Source: Candidatus Pelearchaeum maunauluense
GTDB taxonomy: Archaea; Thermoproteota; Nitrososphaeria_A; Caldarchaeales; Caldarchaeaceae
Length of the DNA: 64,000 nucleotides
Direction of reading: 5' to 3'
Assembly: GCA_030059675.1 (NCBI GenBank)
Contig: JANVYQ010000002.1
Coordinates: forward strand, 32,001-96,000
Shown here: positions 51,895 through 62,923 of the stretch, in pieces
Position numbering within the stretch: the stretch's first letter is position 1
Layout: each line of letters opens with the position of its first letter
Notes under the pieces: model-generated
The model's input: the letters and a program-made list of their open reading frames with translations, nothing else
The model's database searches: none
Told to the model about the DNA's origin: nothing
Made by a program: the position numbers and the translations under genes

Positions 51895-52240
51895 GCTAAT
51901 AGCAGACGAAAATATACCAGTAAAGGCCATAGAGATTCTAAAAAGAAAGGGCGTGGATATTATCTCTTTTTCTGAGTTTTCTAAGGGTCTTAAGGACGAA
52001 GGAGTAGTTAAGGTAGCAAATAGGTAAAGAAGGATAATAGTAACGTTTGACAAGGATTTTGGTGAAATAGTAGTTAAGAGGAAATTTAAGATAGAGGGAA
52101 TAATTATATTAAGATTCAAGCCAGAATCTCCCGAAAAAGTAGCTGATAGAATATTGTATTTACTAAGCTCAAGCATAGAGTTGCAGAATTACATGATCAT
52201 AATGCAGCAAAGGCGGATAAGGATAATATCATTAAAGTGA
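51887..52240 (+). pseudogene. DUF5615 PIN-like toxin with an in-frame TAA at 52025
   Basis: LIADENIP, IIVTFDKDFGE, GIIILR. Confidence 0.8.
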
Positions 52241-52703
52241 AAGCATCTAAACTAAAATAGTAAAAGCCAAGTTGCAATATATCGGAAGAGCTAAGAAAGT
52301 TATATTAGATAGTACACAAATATAAGAAATAAGGCACTTTAGCAAATAACACCTGGCGGATGTTGATTACGACAACTAGTCATACTCTGATTAAATACAC
52401 TCACTCAATATATTTCTTTAGTGTCTTTGCCCTATTATCGTTATTCTTATTAAGTTCTCTCTATTGTCTGATTCTTATTATTGCTCTTCCCTGATGCTTT
52501 ATGCTACTATCTATCTGCTTAAATGGCCTTACTAAATTGTAACAATTTACCTGCCCTAAAGATATCACAAGAGATTAGTGTATATAGAAACTAAGTCTTT
52601 AATGGGTTGTTGTAAGAGGGATTGAGGTTATTCATGGGTTCGTTTTTGCTAAGGGGTAAACGCTTATATTGTGGGTATTTTCTTGTTTTGTGGGTATAGC
52701 TTT

Positions 52704-52952
52704 ATGAGTGTGGTTAGCATTGATGAGCGTGGGCGGATTACTCTCCCTAGGGATATTAGGGAGATGGGTGATAGGGCTGTTGTTATTTCTGCTGGGAGTT
52801 TTGCGGTTGTTATTCCCATTCCTAAGAAGCCTGAAAAGATTGCGGGTGGCTGGCTTAAGTCTAGGAGAGGTAGGAAGGAACTCGGGTTGTTGGCTGAGGA
52901 GAAGGCTAGGGGCGACGCCGTCGCGAGAACTAGAATGAGAAAGCAACTATGA
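52704..52952 (+). CDS. AbrB/MazE-like antitoxin
   Basis: SIDERGRITLPRDIRE. Confidence 0.85.
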   Translation: MSVVSIDERGRITLPRDIREMGDRAVVISAGSFAVVIPIPKKPEKIAGGWLKSRRGRKELGLLAEEKARGDAVARTRMRKQL

Positions 52953-53365
52953 TTATTGAGAGCGATGTTATATATGAGTATGTTAAGGCTAGCGACTGGC
53001 TAAAACCAGTGGCTAATAAGCTAATATCCAGAATAGCACGAGGCGAGTTTGGTACTGTGTATTCAAGTAGAGAGATTCTCCACGAGCTATATTATGTCTC
53101 GATGGAGGAGGGCGTATCCCTTAAGGAATTTATAAGAAGGGCGGCGACAATAACAGCAATACCAAACCTCTCACTACTACCTACAACATATGAAATAGAC
53201 CTCCTGGTCCTAACCCTCATGCAGCAATACAAACTCAGCTCAATATTTGACGCATACTATGCTGCTACATGACTAAACATGATAGAAGACAAGACAATGA
53301 TATCAACAGACGAGGAATATGACAAGATAGCAGGCATAAGGAGAATAGATCCACGAGATATTTAA
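52949..53365 (+). pseudogene. VapC PIN toxin with an in-frame TGA at 53270
   Basis: IESDVIY, HEL, FDAYYAAT*LN..ISTDEEYDKI.GIRRIDP. Confidence 0.82.
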
Positions 53366-54269
53366 CGCTCACATCAAAAATAGCTATCTAATGAAGCTCC
53401 AGTATCAAGAAATGCCCTTATGTCCTTCCCATGTTTTGTTTTAATCTTTATTCTACAGTAGACTGTTCAAGCTTGTTTTTTCTCAGTTTAGTGTTTGTTT
53501 TGTGAGGAGATTGTGTAAGATTTGGAGGTCGTTTTTAGATATTTTTCTATGCATTTTACTAGTTGTTTGCTGATGTGTTTTCTTCGTAGTTTTTCTAGTA
53601 GAGGTATTGGGTGTACGTTGAGAAAACGATGTTGTATCCTTCTTATTTTATTGATTTGATCTTCATTTTTGGCTAAAGCTACTGTTTCTTCGTCGTTTAG
53701 GAGCTGTATCATAAAAGCCAGCATGGTTATTATGTGATCTGGTTTTCTGATTCGTGTTCGTATCCTGCGTTTCTGTAGAACTCGTTTATTGTCATGGGGT
53801 AGAGCCTCCTTGCTGCTGGGTCTAAGTCTTTTCTCACATATCTACCTAGTATGTTTGGAATTTCTTCATATGCGTTATCTTTTATTTTCTCTGGTTCGAT
53901 GTCGCATCCAAGTTCTTTAATCCTTTCCAAAACTACGATAATATTAGGGTCTTTCTTTTCAAGAAGTTTGAATAATGAATGTAAAGTTCTGTAAAATGTT
54001 TGTCGTGTTCTGGTCGTTTCATATTATTCATGCTGTCTTCATTGATGTGAAGGATAAAATATAAAGGAATGAGAAAGTTTACCATATTACCTGCGGAACT
54101 TCTAGTTTCTTTTTCCCCCGTCGGTCTCATCTTCGCTGGTGCTATGAAATACGCCTGTGCTGCTCCATAAGTAATGGAAGCGGTCGCGCTTAATTGTTGG
54201 TATGTTTGCCATGCTTTGTGAGAGGGTTAATTAATTATTTAAATAAATTGGGAGAGGGTGTTAAGATTT

Positions 54270-55250
54270 TTAGCATCGGCGTAGTAGTATTCCTACCGTT
54301 ATAGCCGCTATCATTATAGCTATGATTGATACTGTGGCTATCGTTATTATATCCGTGGGCGGATAGGGTTCTGTGCGTAATGTTTCGGTGGCTTTCTTCT
54401 CAAATACAGTTGTCGTAGTTGGTTTTGTTTCTTCAGCCCCTTCCTCTACCGTGGTTGTTATAATGATTGTTGATGTGATTATCTTCTCTTGCTCTGTGAA
54501 TATGCTGGTTATAGTTGTAGGCTCAACGAACATCGTAGTATATGTCGTGCCCTGTTCTGTTGTGGTGTATTTGTTGGTTGTTCCCTTGATTGTCGTGGTT
54601 TTTGTCGTTGGTGGGAATAGTGTGGTTGTCTCAATAGGTGGTAAAGTTATTGTGAATTCTGTTCCTTGGATGAAAATGGTAGTTCCTGGGAACCCCGCAG
54701 CGAAAATCACCGTAGCTGGGACATTCTCTATAATGAAGGTGTTTTCAACAGTAACTACCACGTCGCTGCATTCTTTAATCATCTCGGCATAAACGGGGAG
54801 AGGAACAGAGTACGTGGTTGTCAATCCAGGCATGGAAACTACCGTCTCAAATGCATAATCCTCAAAATCTATACCAGTCGTTGTTGTGGTGTAGCCTTTT
54901 TCAGTTGCTATTACCTTAGTAACCAGGGTTTGTTCATCCAAGACTGTTGAGAACATGAATGTGGTGCCTGGGAAGGTTATGGTGGTTTCTGGCACTTTTA
55001 TAACTTGCGTCTGCCCCGCTGGCGGCTCCAAGGGGGTTACTCTCACTATGCATACTTGGTCTCCTCTTTTCTCTACAATTATCTTCACTAGCCTGGGTAC
55101 TGTACTGTGATTTCGCCAACTCCGCCGCCTACTTCTATGACGGCTGTATAGACCTTTCTAGGTATTGTGACGAGCGTCGTCTTCGTTGTTGTTATTGTTC
55201 TCGCGCCCAACGCAACAGCTGTTAAGCCCAAAACAATAATCAATAATAAG
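54270..55250 (-). pseudogene. Thr-rich surface protein with C-terminal TM anchor; signal-peptide part in a different frame
   Basis: Thr-rich 272-aa ORF ending in a hydrophobic helix plus RR; hydrophobic N-terminal fragment near 55200-55260. Confidence 0.55.
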
Positions 55251-55376
55251 ACCAGGGCTCCGCACGTATGTTTGGTGTTTTGCGCTGATGAAGAAGTTTA
55301 AGCTTCTTTGCGTGTGTTGGTGGGGTTTGTAGTTAAGCTTTTTAGTAAATGAAATTAAAAGTTGGAGAGAAGTGCG

Positions 55377-57857
55377 ATGAAGTTAAGCATCCAAGCTGTG
55401 GGTGAGTATTCTGAGCTTTTCGGTGATAGGGTTGTTAATGGTAAGCGGGTTAATGTTGAGCAGCTTATAGCCGAGCTTAGTGAGGAGCTTCGGCCTGAGA
55501 TTGACAGGGCTCTGGACGCCAGGCGGCGTTGGCTTGAGTCTAGGTCATCCATCCGCGAGAAAGGCGCTTTCCCAGACTGGGATGAGAAATTCACAGACGC
55601 GGATGGGAATACGCGCACGTTTCGCGAGATTGTTCAGGGGATGATTGATAATTTCCTTGGTAGGGATACGCCTCTCCGATGGCGGCTCAACGATAACGTG
55701 CCTGTGCCCAGCGACGCCCATCCGACCAAGAACCCTGGCCTGGAGATTACTGGTCCTTGGCATCCGTTGAGCAGGGCTATACACCAGATAAACGCGGACG
55801 TTGCGGTGGCTTTTGAGGATGAGGAGGACGCTTCTCCCGCGTGGTATGTTCCTTTCGGTTTTCCAGATAAGTTGCCCGCTGTTTGGCAGGCTAGGAGGAA
55901 CGTTAAGCTTGTTCTGGCTGGTGAGGTGCCTACCCCCCACTATGAGAAGGGGAAGGTCTATCGTATTGAGAAGCCGCGCGGGAGGTGGCCTACCGTCTTC
56001 CATAGAATACCTGGAATCCATCTCCTTGATTTCCAGGTGTTGATGGATGGTAAGCCCGTGCCTGCCATAGTGGTCTCAGTAGTAATCTACGTCCTCAACA
56101 ACTACGAGTCTCTCAGACGCGCTGGCTCAGGCGTTTACTTCTACGTCCCCAAGGTGCAGACACCTGAGGAGGCCTTGATTGTGGAGAAGCTCCTACGCCG
56201 CGTTGAGGAGAAGCTGGGGCTGAGGTATGGGGCGATTAAGATAGCCATGCTCTATGAAGAAGGGAATGCGGGTAGGTTCCTGCCTGTAATACTCTGGATA
56301 TGGCGCGAACGTCTCATAAAGTCTAGCAATGGTCGTTGGGATTATCTGGGTAGCCTTATTGAGATGTGGAAGGATGAGGCTGTCTTTCCAGACCCGCAGA
56401 CTGTTACGATGACCTCGCCCAACATGATGGCTTACCAGCGGTATAATGCTCTCATGATGCTGATGGCTGGGGTTGGCGACGGCGACCTTAACGCAGCGCC
56501 AGTAGGAGGCATGGCCGCGGTCATGCTCTACCCACAGACCGACCCGTACGGCCGCTTCAAATACAACCTAAAAGCGCTACGCGACATAAAGCTGGACAAG
56601 CTGAGGGAAAGGCTCATAGGGCTTATCTTCGTCCCAGACGAACCCATACCGCGGGATAGGGAGATAACGCTTGAAGATATTCTGGCTGGCAGGGTTAAGG
56701 GCAGGCTGTTTGATGTCTTTAGACAGAGCTGGGTTGCTACGAAGGAAGAGGCTTACGTAGCAGCTGGTAATGAGCCGCTGAGAGCAGAGTTGAAGGACTT
56801 GCAGGCTATCATAGATGCTGAGATAGAAACTGTGGAGGTTGGTGGTAAGAAGCTCCCCACCGTAAGGAGTGGATTGACGCCAGACGAGAGGAAGAGGCTA
56901 CAGAACTTGGGGCTCCTCAACAAAGATGGTAAGATAACTCCATGGGTTATCCAGCGCGATAAGATAGACACGCCTGAAAAGCTCTTTTCCGAGGAGGTTT
57001 GGGGAGGGAAAGACCTCTGGCACAGCCTATACGACATCCCGCCTGGAGACATTACGGCTGAGCATGTGCAGCACGCCTTCTACATGGCTGCCAACTACGG
57101 CTTCCAGCTGCTCAACGGAAACCTGGCGGCGGCCATAGATGATTACGAGCTTAACCAGCGTTTCATGAACGACCTAGCCACGTATCGCATCTTCGTCTCA
57201 TGGCTCTGGACGGTCATACGCCACCAAGCCACAATAACAAAGGACGGGTATCTCAAGAAGCCAGCCCTAACGGAGAACGGCGTAATACCAGCGGTTAACG
57301 ACATCCACATCAAGGCTGGTACGCGATTCACGGCAGAGCTCTTTGAGAAGCTTTGGGAGCTCCACTATGAGTGGACACGCGAGTTCTACGCTGAGCAGGA
57401 TAGGAGGGTTGCCTCGCGTATTGTGGGGCGGCTCGCAAAGGGTGGTGATGGTGGTGAGCTTGTCAAGAAAGTAGTAGAGGTTCTCTCTCGCGCGTATGGC
57501 TCTGGCCCGTTCAGGGAGCTCTCAGCCGAGGATGCTGCGCACCAAATAGCCCAGCTACTGGGGGCAAAGCCTGAGGATGTGTTGGAAGAGGTTAAGCAGG
57601 GAGCGCCCCGCTTTGACCGTGCATTCGCTCCAGTGATAATGGACATACTAAAACGCCAGCTCACAGCACCACGCTACATACAGCACAGCGCGAGAATACT
57701 ATTCGTGGCAGCAGAAGCCGATAACCAGAAGAGAGAAAAGATACTAGAAGCGGTCTTCAGCCCCTCGCGCGAGGAAGTGGTAAAGAAGGTTCAGGAAGGC
57801 AAGCTGGACGAATCAATCCTAAAGATACACGACTACATATACGACTACCGCAGCTAA
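55377..57857 (+). CDS. Malate synthase, long archaeal type
   Basis: LEITGP, GVYFYVPK, NGRWDY, GGMAA, MNDLATYRI. Confidence 0.85.
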   Translation: MKLSIQAVGEYSELFGDRVVNGKRVNVEQLIAELSEELRPEIDRALDARRRWLESRSSIREKGAFPDWDEKFTDADGNTRTFREIVQGMIDNFLGRDTPLRWRLNDNVPVPSDAHPTKNPGLEITGPWHPLSRAIHQINADVAVAFEDEEDASPAWYVPFGFPDKLPAVWQARRNVKLVLAGEVPTPHYEKGKVYRIEKPRGRWPTVFHRIPGIHLLDFQVLMDGKPVPAIVVSVVIYVLNNYESLRRAGSGVYFYVPKVQTPEEALIVEKLLRRVEEKLGLRYGAIKIAMLYEEGNAGRFLPVILWIWRERLIKSSNGRWDYLGSLIEMWKDEAVFPDPQTVTMTSPNMMAYQRYNALMMLMAGVGDGDLNAAPVGGMAAVMLYPQTDPYGRFKYNLKALRDIKLDKLRERLIGLIFVPDEPIPRDREITLEDILAGRVKGRLFDVFRQSWVATKEEAYVAAGNEPLRAELKDLQAIIDAEIETVEVGGKKLPTVRSGLTPDERKRLQNLGLLNKDGKITPWVIQRDKIDTPEKLFSEEVWGGKDLWHSLYDIPPGDITAEHVQHAFYMAANYGFQLLNGNLAAAIDDYELNQRFMNDLATYRIFVSWLWTVIRHQATITKDGYLKKPALTENGVIPAVNDIHIKAGTRFTAELFEKLWELHYEWTREFYAEQDRRVASRIVGRLAKGGDGGELVKKVVEVLSRAYGSGPFRELSAEDAAHQIAQLLGAKPEDVLEEVKQGAPRFDRAFAPVIMDILKRQLTAPRYIQHSARILFVAAEADNQKREKILEAVFSPSREEVVKKVQEGKLDESILKIHDYIYDYRS

Positions 57858-57903
57858 CAACTTATATGTTGAAATAATGCTTAACGTTGTTTTATGAATA
57901 ATT

Positions 57904-58469
57904 ATGTGTGGCGTAGCGTGGATTAATGTTATTGATGAGGACGCTGCTGATGAGCGTTTGCGTGTTGTTTTTGAGCATGTACGCCGCGAGCGTGGTAGGC
58001 TCTCCAACGTCTTTAGGGCGCATAGCCTAAACCCAGAAGCCCTAGATGCGCATCTAACGCTTTACATGACGTTGATGTTCGGCGAGTCTGGTCTCAGCAG
58101 GGCAGAGAGGGAGCTCATAGCATCTGTCGTCTCGGCAACCAACCGCTGCCTCTACTGCACGACGCACCACCGCGAGATGCTCGTCAAATACGTGAGGAGC
58201 GAGGAGACTGTTCGGGAGATTCTGGAGAGGTTTGAAGAAGCCAGAGTAAGTGAGAGGGAGAGGGCGCTCATAAGGTTTGTCAGGAAGCTCACGCAGAGCC
58301 CGAGCAGCATGAGCAGCGAGGATGTGGAGATGCTCAGAAAACTGGGTACGACGATAGGGCGATACTGGACACTGTGCTGGTGGCTACGTACTTCAACTTC
58401 GTGAATAGAATAGTCCTGGGTCTTGGGGTGAGGCTTGAAGAGAGGGAGGAAAGGTCATACAAGAGCTGA
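57904..58469 (+). pseudogene. AhpD/CMD peroxidase-related protein with a 1-nt frameshift near 58346
   Basis: RELIASVVSATNRCLYCTTHH; C-terminal YFNFVNR lies in another frame. Confidence 0.8.
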
Positions 58470-58554
58470 CAAATGACGCCTCTACAGTCAAGCCGCTTGA
58501 CTGTAGAGCTGACAAAAGCAGCCATATATCCAAGCCTGGGCTACAACCTACGGG

Positions 58555-59505
58555 ATGGGCTGCCGTGTTCTCATAACAGGCTGCTCAGGCTACCTCGCCA
58601 GCGTTTTGATAGAGCAATGCGTCGGAGACCCTGACTTTGAGTGGGTGGGAGGAATAGATATGCGCGAACCCCGCTCAAAGCATGGCTGGTCTTTCCACAT
58701 GCTAGATGTCCGCGATAAGGCTTTAGCAGACATCATACGCGAGAACAAGGTAGATACCCTAGTACACCTGGCCTGGATATTCAACCCAACACACGACCCG
58801 GAGCTGGAGTACTCCGTTGATGTGGAAGGTAGTAAAAACGTCTTGGAAGCCTGCCGCTCCGCTGGTGTATCATACATACTATACCTGAGCAGCACAACAG
58901 CATACGGGGCTCACCCAGATAATCCGCAGGAGATGGATGAGGAGCATCCCAGGAGAGGTCATCCGAAGTTCCTCTACTCAAAACACAAAGCGATAGTTGA
59001 TGAGCTATTCCTGGACTTCATACGCGAGAATCCTGGAATAAAGGTCTGCATGTATAGAGCGCCCATCGTGCTGGGCCCTAATACTAGGAACTTCGTAACT
59101 GACATAGCTGGTATGCGCTTCATGTTTGGTGTAAGCGGATATGACCCGCCTATGCAGTTTATGCACGAAGACGACATGGCTGGGCTTCTCTACTGGTCGT
59201 TGAAGAATAGGCCTGTTGGTGTGTATAACGTGTCTAGCACTGGTGTTATGCGCTATTCAGAGGTGGCGCGTCTATTGGGGAAGCGCTTAATGAGGCTCCC
59301 AGCATGGCTAATCTACCCGCTCACAAGCCTGGGCTGGAGTCTTAGGCTATTATCATTTCCGCCAGCGGTTCTGGACTTCATCCGCTACCCATGGGTTGCC
59401 AAGACCGAGAAATTCACATCACAATATCCTTCTGTCATAAAGCACAGCTCCGAGGAAGCAGTCCGCGACTTTGCAAAAGCTAGATGGCCTGAAAAATTTT
59501 CATAG
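58555..59505 (+). CDS. NAD-dependent epimerase/dehydratase
   Basis: TGCSGYLA, SSTTAYG, YSKHK. Confidence 0.88.
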   Translation: MGCRVLITGCSGYLASVLIEQCVGDPDFEWVGGIDMREPRSKHGWSFHMLDVRDKALADIIRENKVDTLVHLAWIFNPTHDPELEYSVDVEGSKNVLEACRSAGVSYILYLSSTTAYGAHPDNPQEMDEEHPRRGHPKFLYSKHKAIVDELFLDFIRENPGIKVCMYRAPIVLGPNTRNFVTDIAGMRFMFGVSGYDPPMQFMHEDDMAGLLYWSLKNRPVGVYNVSSTGVMRYSEVARLLGKRLMRLPAWLIYPLTSLGWSLRLLSFPPAVLDFIRYPWVAKTEKFTSQYPSVIKHSSEEAVRDFAKARWPEKFS

Positions 59506-59526
59506 TTTTATGCATCAAGGATTATC

Positions 59527-61188
59527 ATGCGTTTATTGGCTGTCATCGTACTTGCTGCTCTCCTCTCACCCTACCTAGCGCTTGGATACTTTATCATCAG
59601 CGTTGAGGAGCCCTGGTGGAGCCGTGAGGTAACTTCTATAGAGTCTCCTCCCAAGCCTGCTGGGTGGAGGGTTCTAACAGTCTCGCGCGACGGCGAGTTC
59701 TCCAGCATAAGCGATGCCGTTGATGCTGCCAGGCCTGGGGATAGGATAGTGATACAGCCAGGAATCTACCGCGAGTCAGTCATAGTTGAGAACAAGCCCT
59801 GGATAGTGATAGAGGGCGTGTCGCGTGATGACGTTATCCTAGAGGGCGGGAACAGGCTGGGTAATGGGATATACGTGGTCTTCTCACCACACATAACCAT
59901 AGCCAACCTAACGGTTCAAAACTACCTTGGCAACGGAATCTTCTACGTCAATTCCGACTATTTCATGGTCTTCAACGTGAAGGCGCTGAATAACCGTGTG
60001 TATGGTGTTAATTTCTTGGCCAGTGAGAAGGGTATCGTATCCAACGTTATTGCAGCTGGTAGTGGGGATTCGGGAATATACGTTGGTGAGGTTACCGAGG
60101 ACTGTGAGTGCGTCGTAGAATATTCGGAGGTGTATAACAATACTCTGGGATACAGCGGCACCCGCGCTAATGGCGTTACGATACGATACTCCAAGTTCTA
60201 TGGCAACGCTGTAGGCATAGCGCCCAACACGCTGATGCCCGACCTCCGTCTCCTCCTCACCGGGAGGTGGCCGCTCCTAGTCTGGGCGTCAAACAACGTG
60301 ATTGAGCACAACATAATAGAGAACAATAACAATAGGTGGATTGAGGCGGCTGGCTTCGCCGAGAGTTATGGCGTCCCAGTTGGGGTTGGGATAGCCCTCA
60401 TAGGCTCGCACTCCAACGTGATTCGCAACAACACCATACGCGGCCATGAGCGCTGGGGGATTGCCGAGTGGTATTTCCTAGTACCGCCAATAGGTAATAG
60501 ATTCTCGTCCAACATCTTCTCAGGCAACGGCGCAGACTACTGGCGCGATGGCTGGGGCTTCTGGGGGTGTAGCGAGCTTGAGAGCGCCTCTGGAGATGTC
60601 CCGCCAGCGTGTAGCCTGCCGCCAGCTCTTCGCGTAAGCCTGCCAAACCCCTTGAAGCATGTTGAGTTGCTAACAAACCTAGAGATTCCCAGCGCTTCCG
60701 TCGTTGCTGCCCTAGCCCTTGGCGTCGGCGGGGCTTATGCAGCAAAACGCTCTACTGGAGCTGGGGCACCTAGGGGGAGAAGAATATCCGCCGCCATAGT
60801 TGATGCGCTGGTAGCTGGAGACATCTACCTAGCCCTCGCGGCAGCGCTCATGGTGGGTGGCTTCGGCATAACCGACCCCAGAAGCCTGGTCGACGCTGTC
60901 CTCTCCCTAACGCTACTACTGCTCCCGCTGGCTTATTTCCTCTGGGCCACAAGCTGGGTAATCTACGGAGTGTTGCTTGAGACACTCACAGGAGCGACGC
61001 TGGGAAAACGGCTCTTCAAACTACAGACTGAAGCCCAGCACCGCCCACGGAGAGCGCTAATACTGGTCAAGAACATAGCCAGGTACGTGGATATACTACT
61101 CTTCGGGCTAGTGGGGGTTATACTACTGCTCACACTAAGACGGTCATTCGGCGAGCTGGTTTCTGGAACTAGGGTTGTTGAGAGATGA
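59527..61188 (+). CDS. Secreted NosD-like beta-helix protein with C-terminal RDD-like membrane domain
   Basis: SISDAVDAARPGD..PGIYRE, repeated GI/N-ladder motifs; RRISAAIVD..TLGKRLF RDD pattern. Confidence 0.72.
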   Translation: MRLLAVIVLAALLSPYLALGYFIISVEEPWWSREVTSIESPPKPAGWRVLTVSRDGEFSSISDAVDAARPGDRIVIQPGIYRESVIVENKPWIVIEGVSRDDVILEGGNRLGNGIYVVFSPHITIANLTVQNYLGNGIFYVNSDYFMVFNVKALNNRVYGVNFLASEKGIVSNVIAAGSGDSGIYVGEVTEDCECVVEYSEVYNNTLGYSGTRANGVTIRYSKFYGNAVGIAPNTLMPDLRLLLTGRWPLLVWASNNVIEHNIIENNNNRWIEAAGFAESYGVPVGVGIALIGSHSNVIRNNTIRGHERWGIAEWYFLVPPIGNRFSSNIFSGNGADYWRDGWGFWGCSELESASGDVPPACSLPPALRVSLPNPLKHVELLTNLEIPSASVVAALALGVGGAYAAKRSTGAGAPRGRRISAAIVDALVAGDIYLALAAALMVGGFGITDPRSLVDAVLSLTLLLLPLAYFLWATSWVIYGVLLETLTGATLGKRLFKLQTEAQHRPRRALILVKNIARYVDILLFGLVGVILLLTLRRSFGELVSGTRVVER

Positions 61189-61556
61189 GGCTGGGTATAG
61201 CGCTCCCAGCCATAATTGCGGCAGTACTAGTAGCGGCTGCGTTACTCGCTATGGCAGAGACGCAGAAAAGCGGGATGGTGGTGGTAACTATACCTAGAGG
61301 AGTAGCGCATCTCCCATACATAGCAAACTACTGGCCACCCACGATAAAGGTCGTGATAGGAATAAACAACTCCGTCAAATGGATTAACATGGACGACCAC
61401 ATGCACACAGTAACAAGCGATAACTGGAGCTTTCATTCAGGAGAGCTCAACCTATATGATTCATTCATCTACACATTCACAAAGCCTGGAGTATATGGCT
61501 ACTCGTGCATGCCCCACCCATGGATGCGCGGCTATGTTGAGGTAAGGGAGGCGTGA
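61185..61556 (+). CDS. Cupredoxin (type 1 copper protein)
   Basis: N-terminal TM; HTVT...YSCMPHPWMRG. Confidence 0.9.
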   Translation: MRLGIALPAIIAAVLVAAALLAMAETQKSGMVVVTIPRGVAHLPYIANYWPPTIKVVIGINNSVKWINMDDHMHTVTSDNWSFHSGELNLYDSFIYTFTKPGVYGYSCMPHPWMRGYVEVREA

Positions 61557-61966
61557 GAAACAGCTTGAAACGCTTAGCCATTCTCGTCATAGCTTTAGCA
61601 GTAATTATATTGTCCGTCTATACCTTCGTGCTGAACGCTGGGCAGGGTGGAAAGGAGCATGTCGTAATAATTCCATCGGGGGCTTTCATACCGCCTGAAG
61701 GCTGGAAGAAGGGGGAGAGAGTCTATGACGATAGGTACTTCTCGCCCAATACCCTAGAGATAAATGTGGGCGACTACGTTAGGTGGATAAACCGCGACTC
61801 TGTAACCCACACGGTAACTAGTGAAAAAACGCCAGTAGGGGGAAGTGGTTTTGACTCTGTTCTAAGCCCTGGAAAATCCTTCCGAACAAGATTTACAAAA
61901 GCTGGAGAGTACGACTATTACTGTACAATACATCCATGGCAGGGTGGAAGGGTAATAGTTTCATAG
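61553..61966 (+). CDS. Cupredoxin with Gln axial ligand
   Basis: HTVT...YYCTIHPWQGG. Confidence 0.88.
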   Translation: MRNSLKRLAILVIALAVIILSVYTFVLNAGQGGKEHVVIIPSGAFIPPEGWKKGERVYDDRYFSPNTLEINVGDYVRWINRDSVTHTVTSEKTPVGGSGFDSVLSPGKSFRTRFTKAGEYDYYCTIHPWQGGRVIVS

Positions 61967-62063
61967 CTGGTGGGGAAGGAGCCTAGGATGTTGTTTTCTT
62001 TTTATGCATTTTGAAGACGCAGTTATCGTCTCCAGTGTTTATGCATTTTACCTCTATAGCATC

Positions 62064-62783
62064 TCACTCGCCGCCGAAGGGTTCTGAGAAGACGCCGCAG
62101 GCAACGCCCCTAACCCATTGCGAGGTGTAGCCAGACTTGAAGCCGCGGAGGATTTCACACTCCGTCAGCTCGTCAAACCTTATCTCATACTCGTCTGGCG
62201 CCGTCATGGTTATCTTCGCCCACCTGCAGTAGCCTAATGCGTGGGCTTGCCGCTCATGTATCTTCAGGCATGTCTGCTTATCGCTGAAGAGTGAGGCATA
62301 GTACCGCGCGGCCTCACGGCCTGGCTGTGTTCCTATCAGAAATAGGAATGCTGGCGTCGCCTTATCGCCAAAAGTATTGTACAATCCTTTCAGCATGCCG
62401 CCTAGTGTCTTTTCTGTGAAGATGAGGATGCGCATGTTGAATGCATGGTACTCGTCATGGAAAGGCTCGACGGCAACACCTGGTATGTCGGAGCTGACAG
62501 CCCTTACGCTGATGACGTGCTTAACCTGCTTAAGCTGTTGCACGGCCTCGTTAAGCTTGGTGTCGTCCTGGCCTGTTGAATCTATGAGGACGCTCATCGT
62601 ATATACGGGGTCTTTCTCCAGCGCGGCGTTGGTCATCAACGACATTACGTCAAGGTCAAGCTCGGAGAGTTTCCTCAGTATAGTCTTCCGCGCCTCTGGA
62701 ATGTTCTTCATCTCAATCCCAATTACGGTGATTCTGCGGTGAGGTAGGAGGAGTGAGAGCGGTAAATTCATGACTCTAATCAT
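62064..62783 (-). CDS. ACT plus V4R-like domain protein
   Basis: Same architecture as 4976-5770; EC...WVRGVACG V4R pattern; C-terminus probably frameshifted. Confidence 0.6.
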   Translation of the reverse strand: MIRVMNLPLSLLLPHRRITVIGIEMKNIPEARKTILRKLSELDLDVMSLMTNAALEKDPVYTMSVLIDSTGQDDTKLNEAVQQLKQVKHVISVRAVSSDIPGVAVEPFHDEYHAFNMRILIFTEKTLGGMLKGLYNTFGDKATPAFLFLIGTQPGREAARYYASLFSDKQTCLKIHERQAHALGYCRWAKITMTAPDEYEIRFDELTECEILRGFKSGYTSQWVRGVACGVFSEPFGGE

Positions 62784-62923
62784 ACTTCAACGCCTCTTCC
62801 CTTTTGATATTGCATAAACAATGTAAAACTCGGCTATTAGATGTATTGTCCGGGGAAGCTTCTCGTGTATAAGCTTGTTTCCTGACGATTAGCAAACTAT
62901 TAACCTTCGGTTAGCCTATAATT

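Noticed and set aside
25880-53272. Stop-codon recoding (Sec, Pyl or an alternative code)
   Set aside because: The internal stops are of mixed types (TAA and TGA) and confined to decaying accessory genes; core genes use all three stops normally.
26163-58469. Further BHB introns at other frameshifts (porG, PaREP1 near 34160, ahpD near 58346, IS6 transposase)
   Set aside because: These look like single-base indels, often in G runs, with no inserted hairpin; they are decay or sequencing errors.
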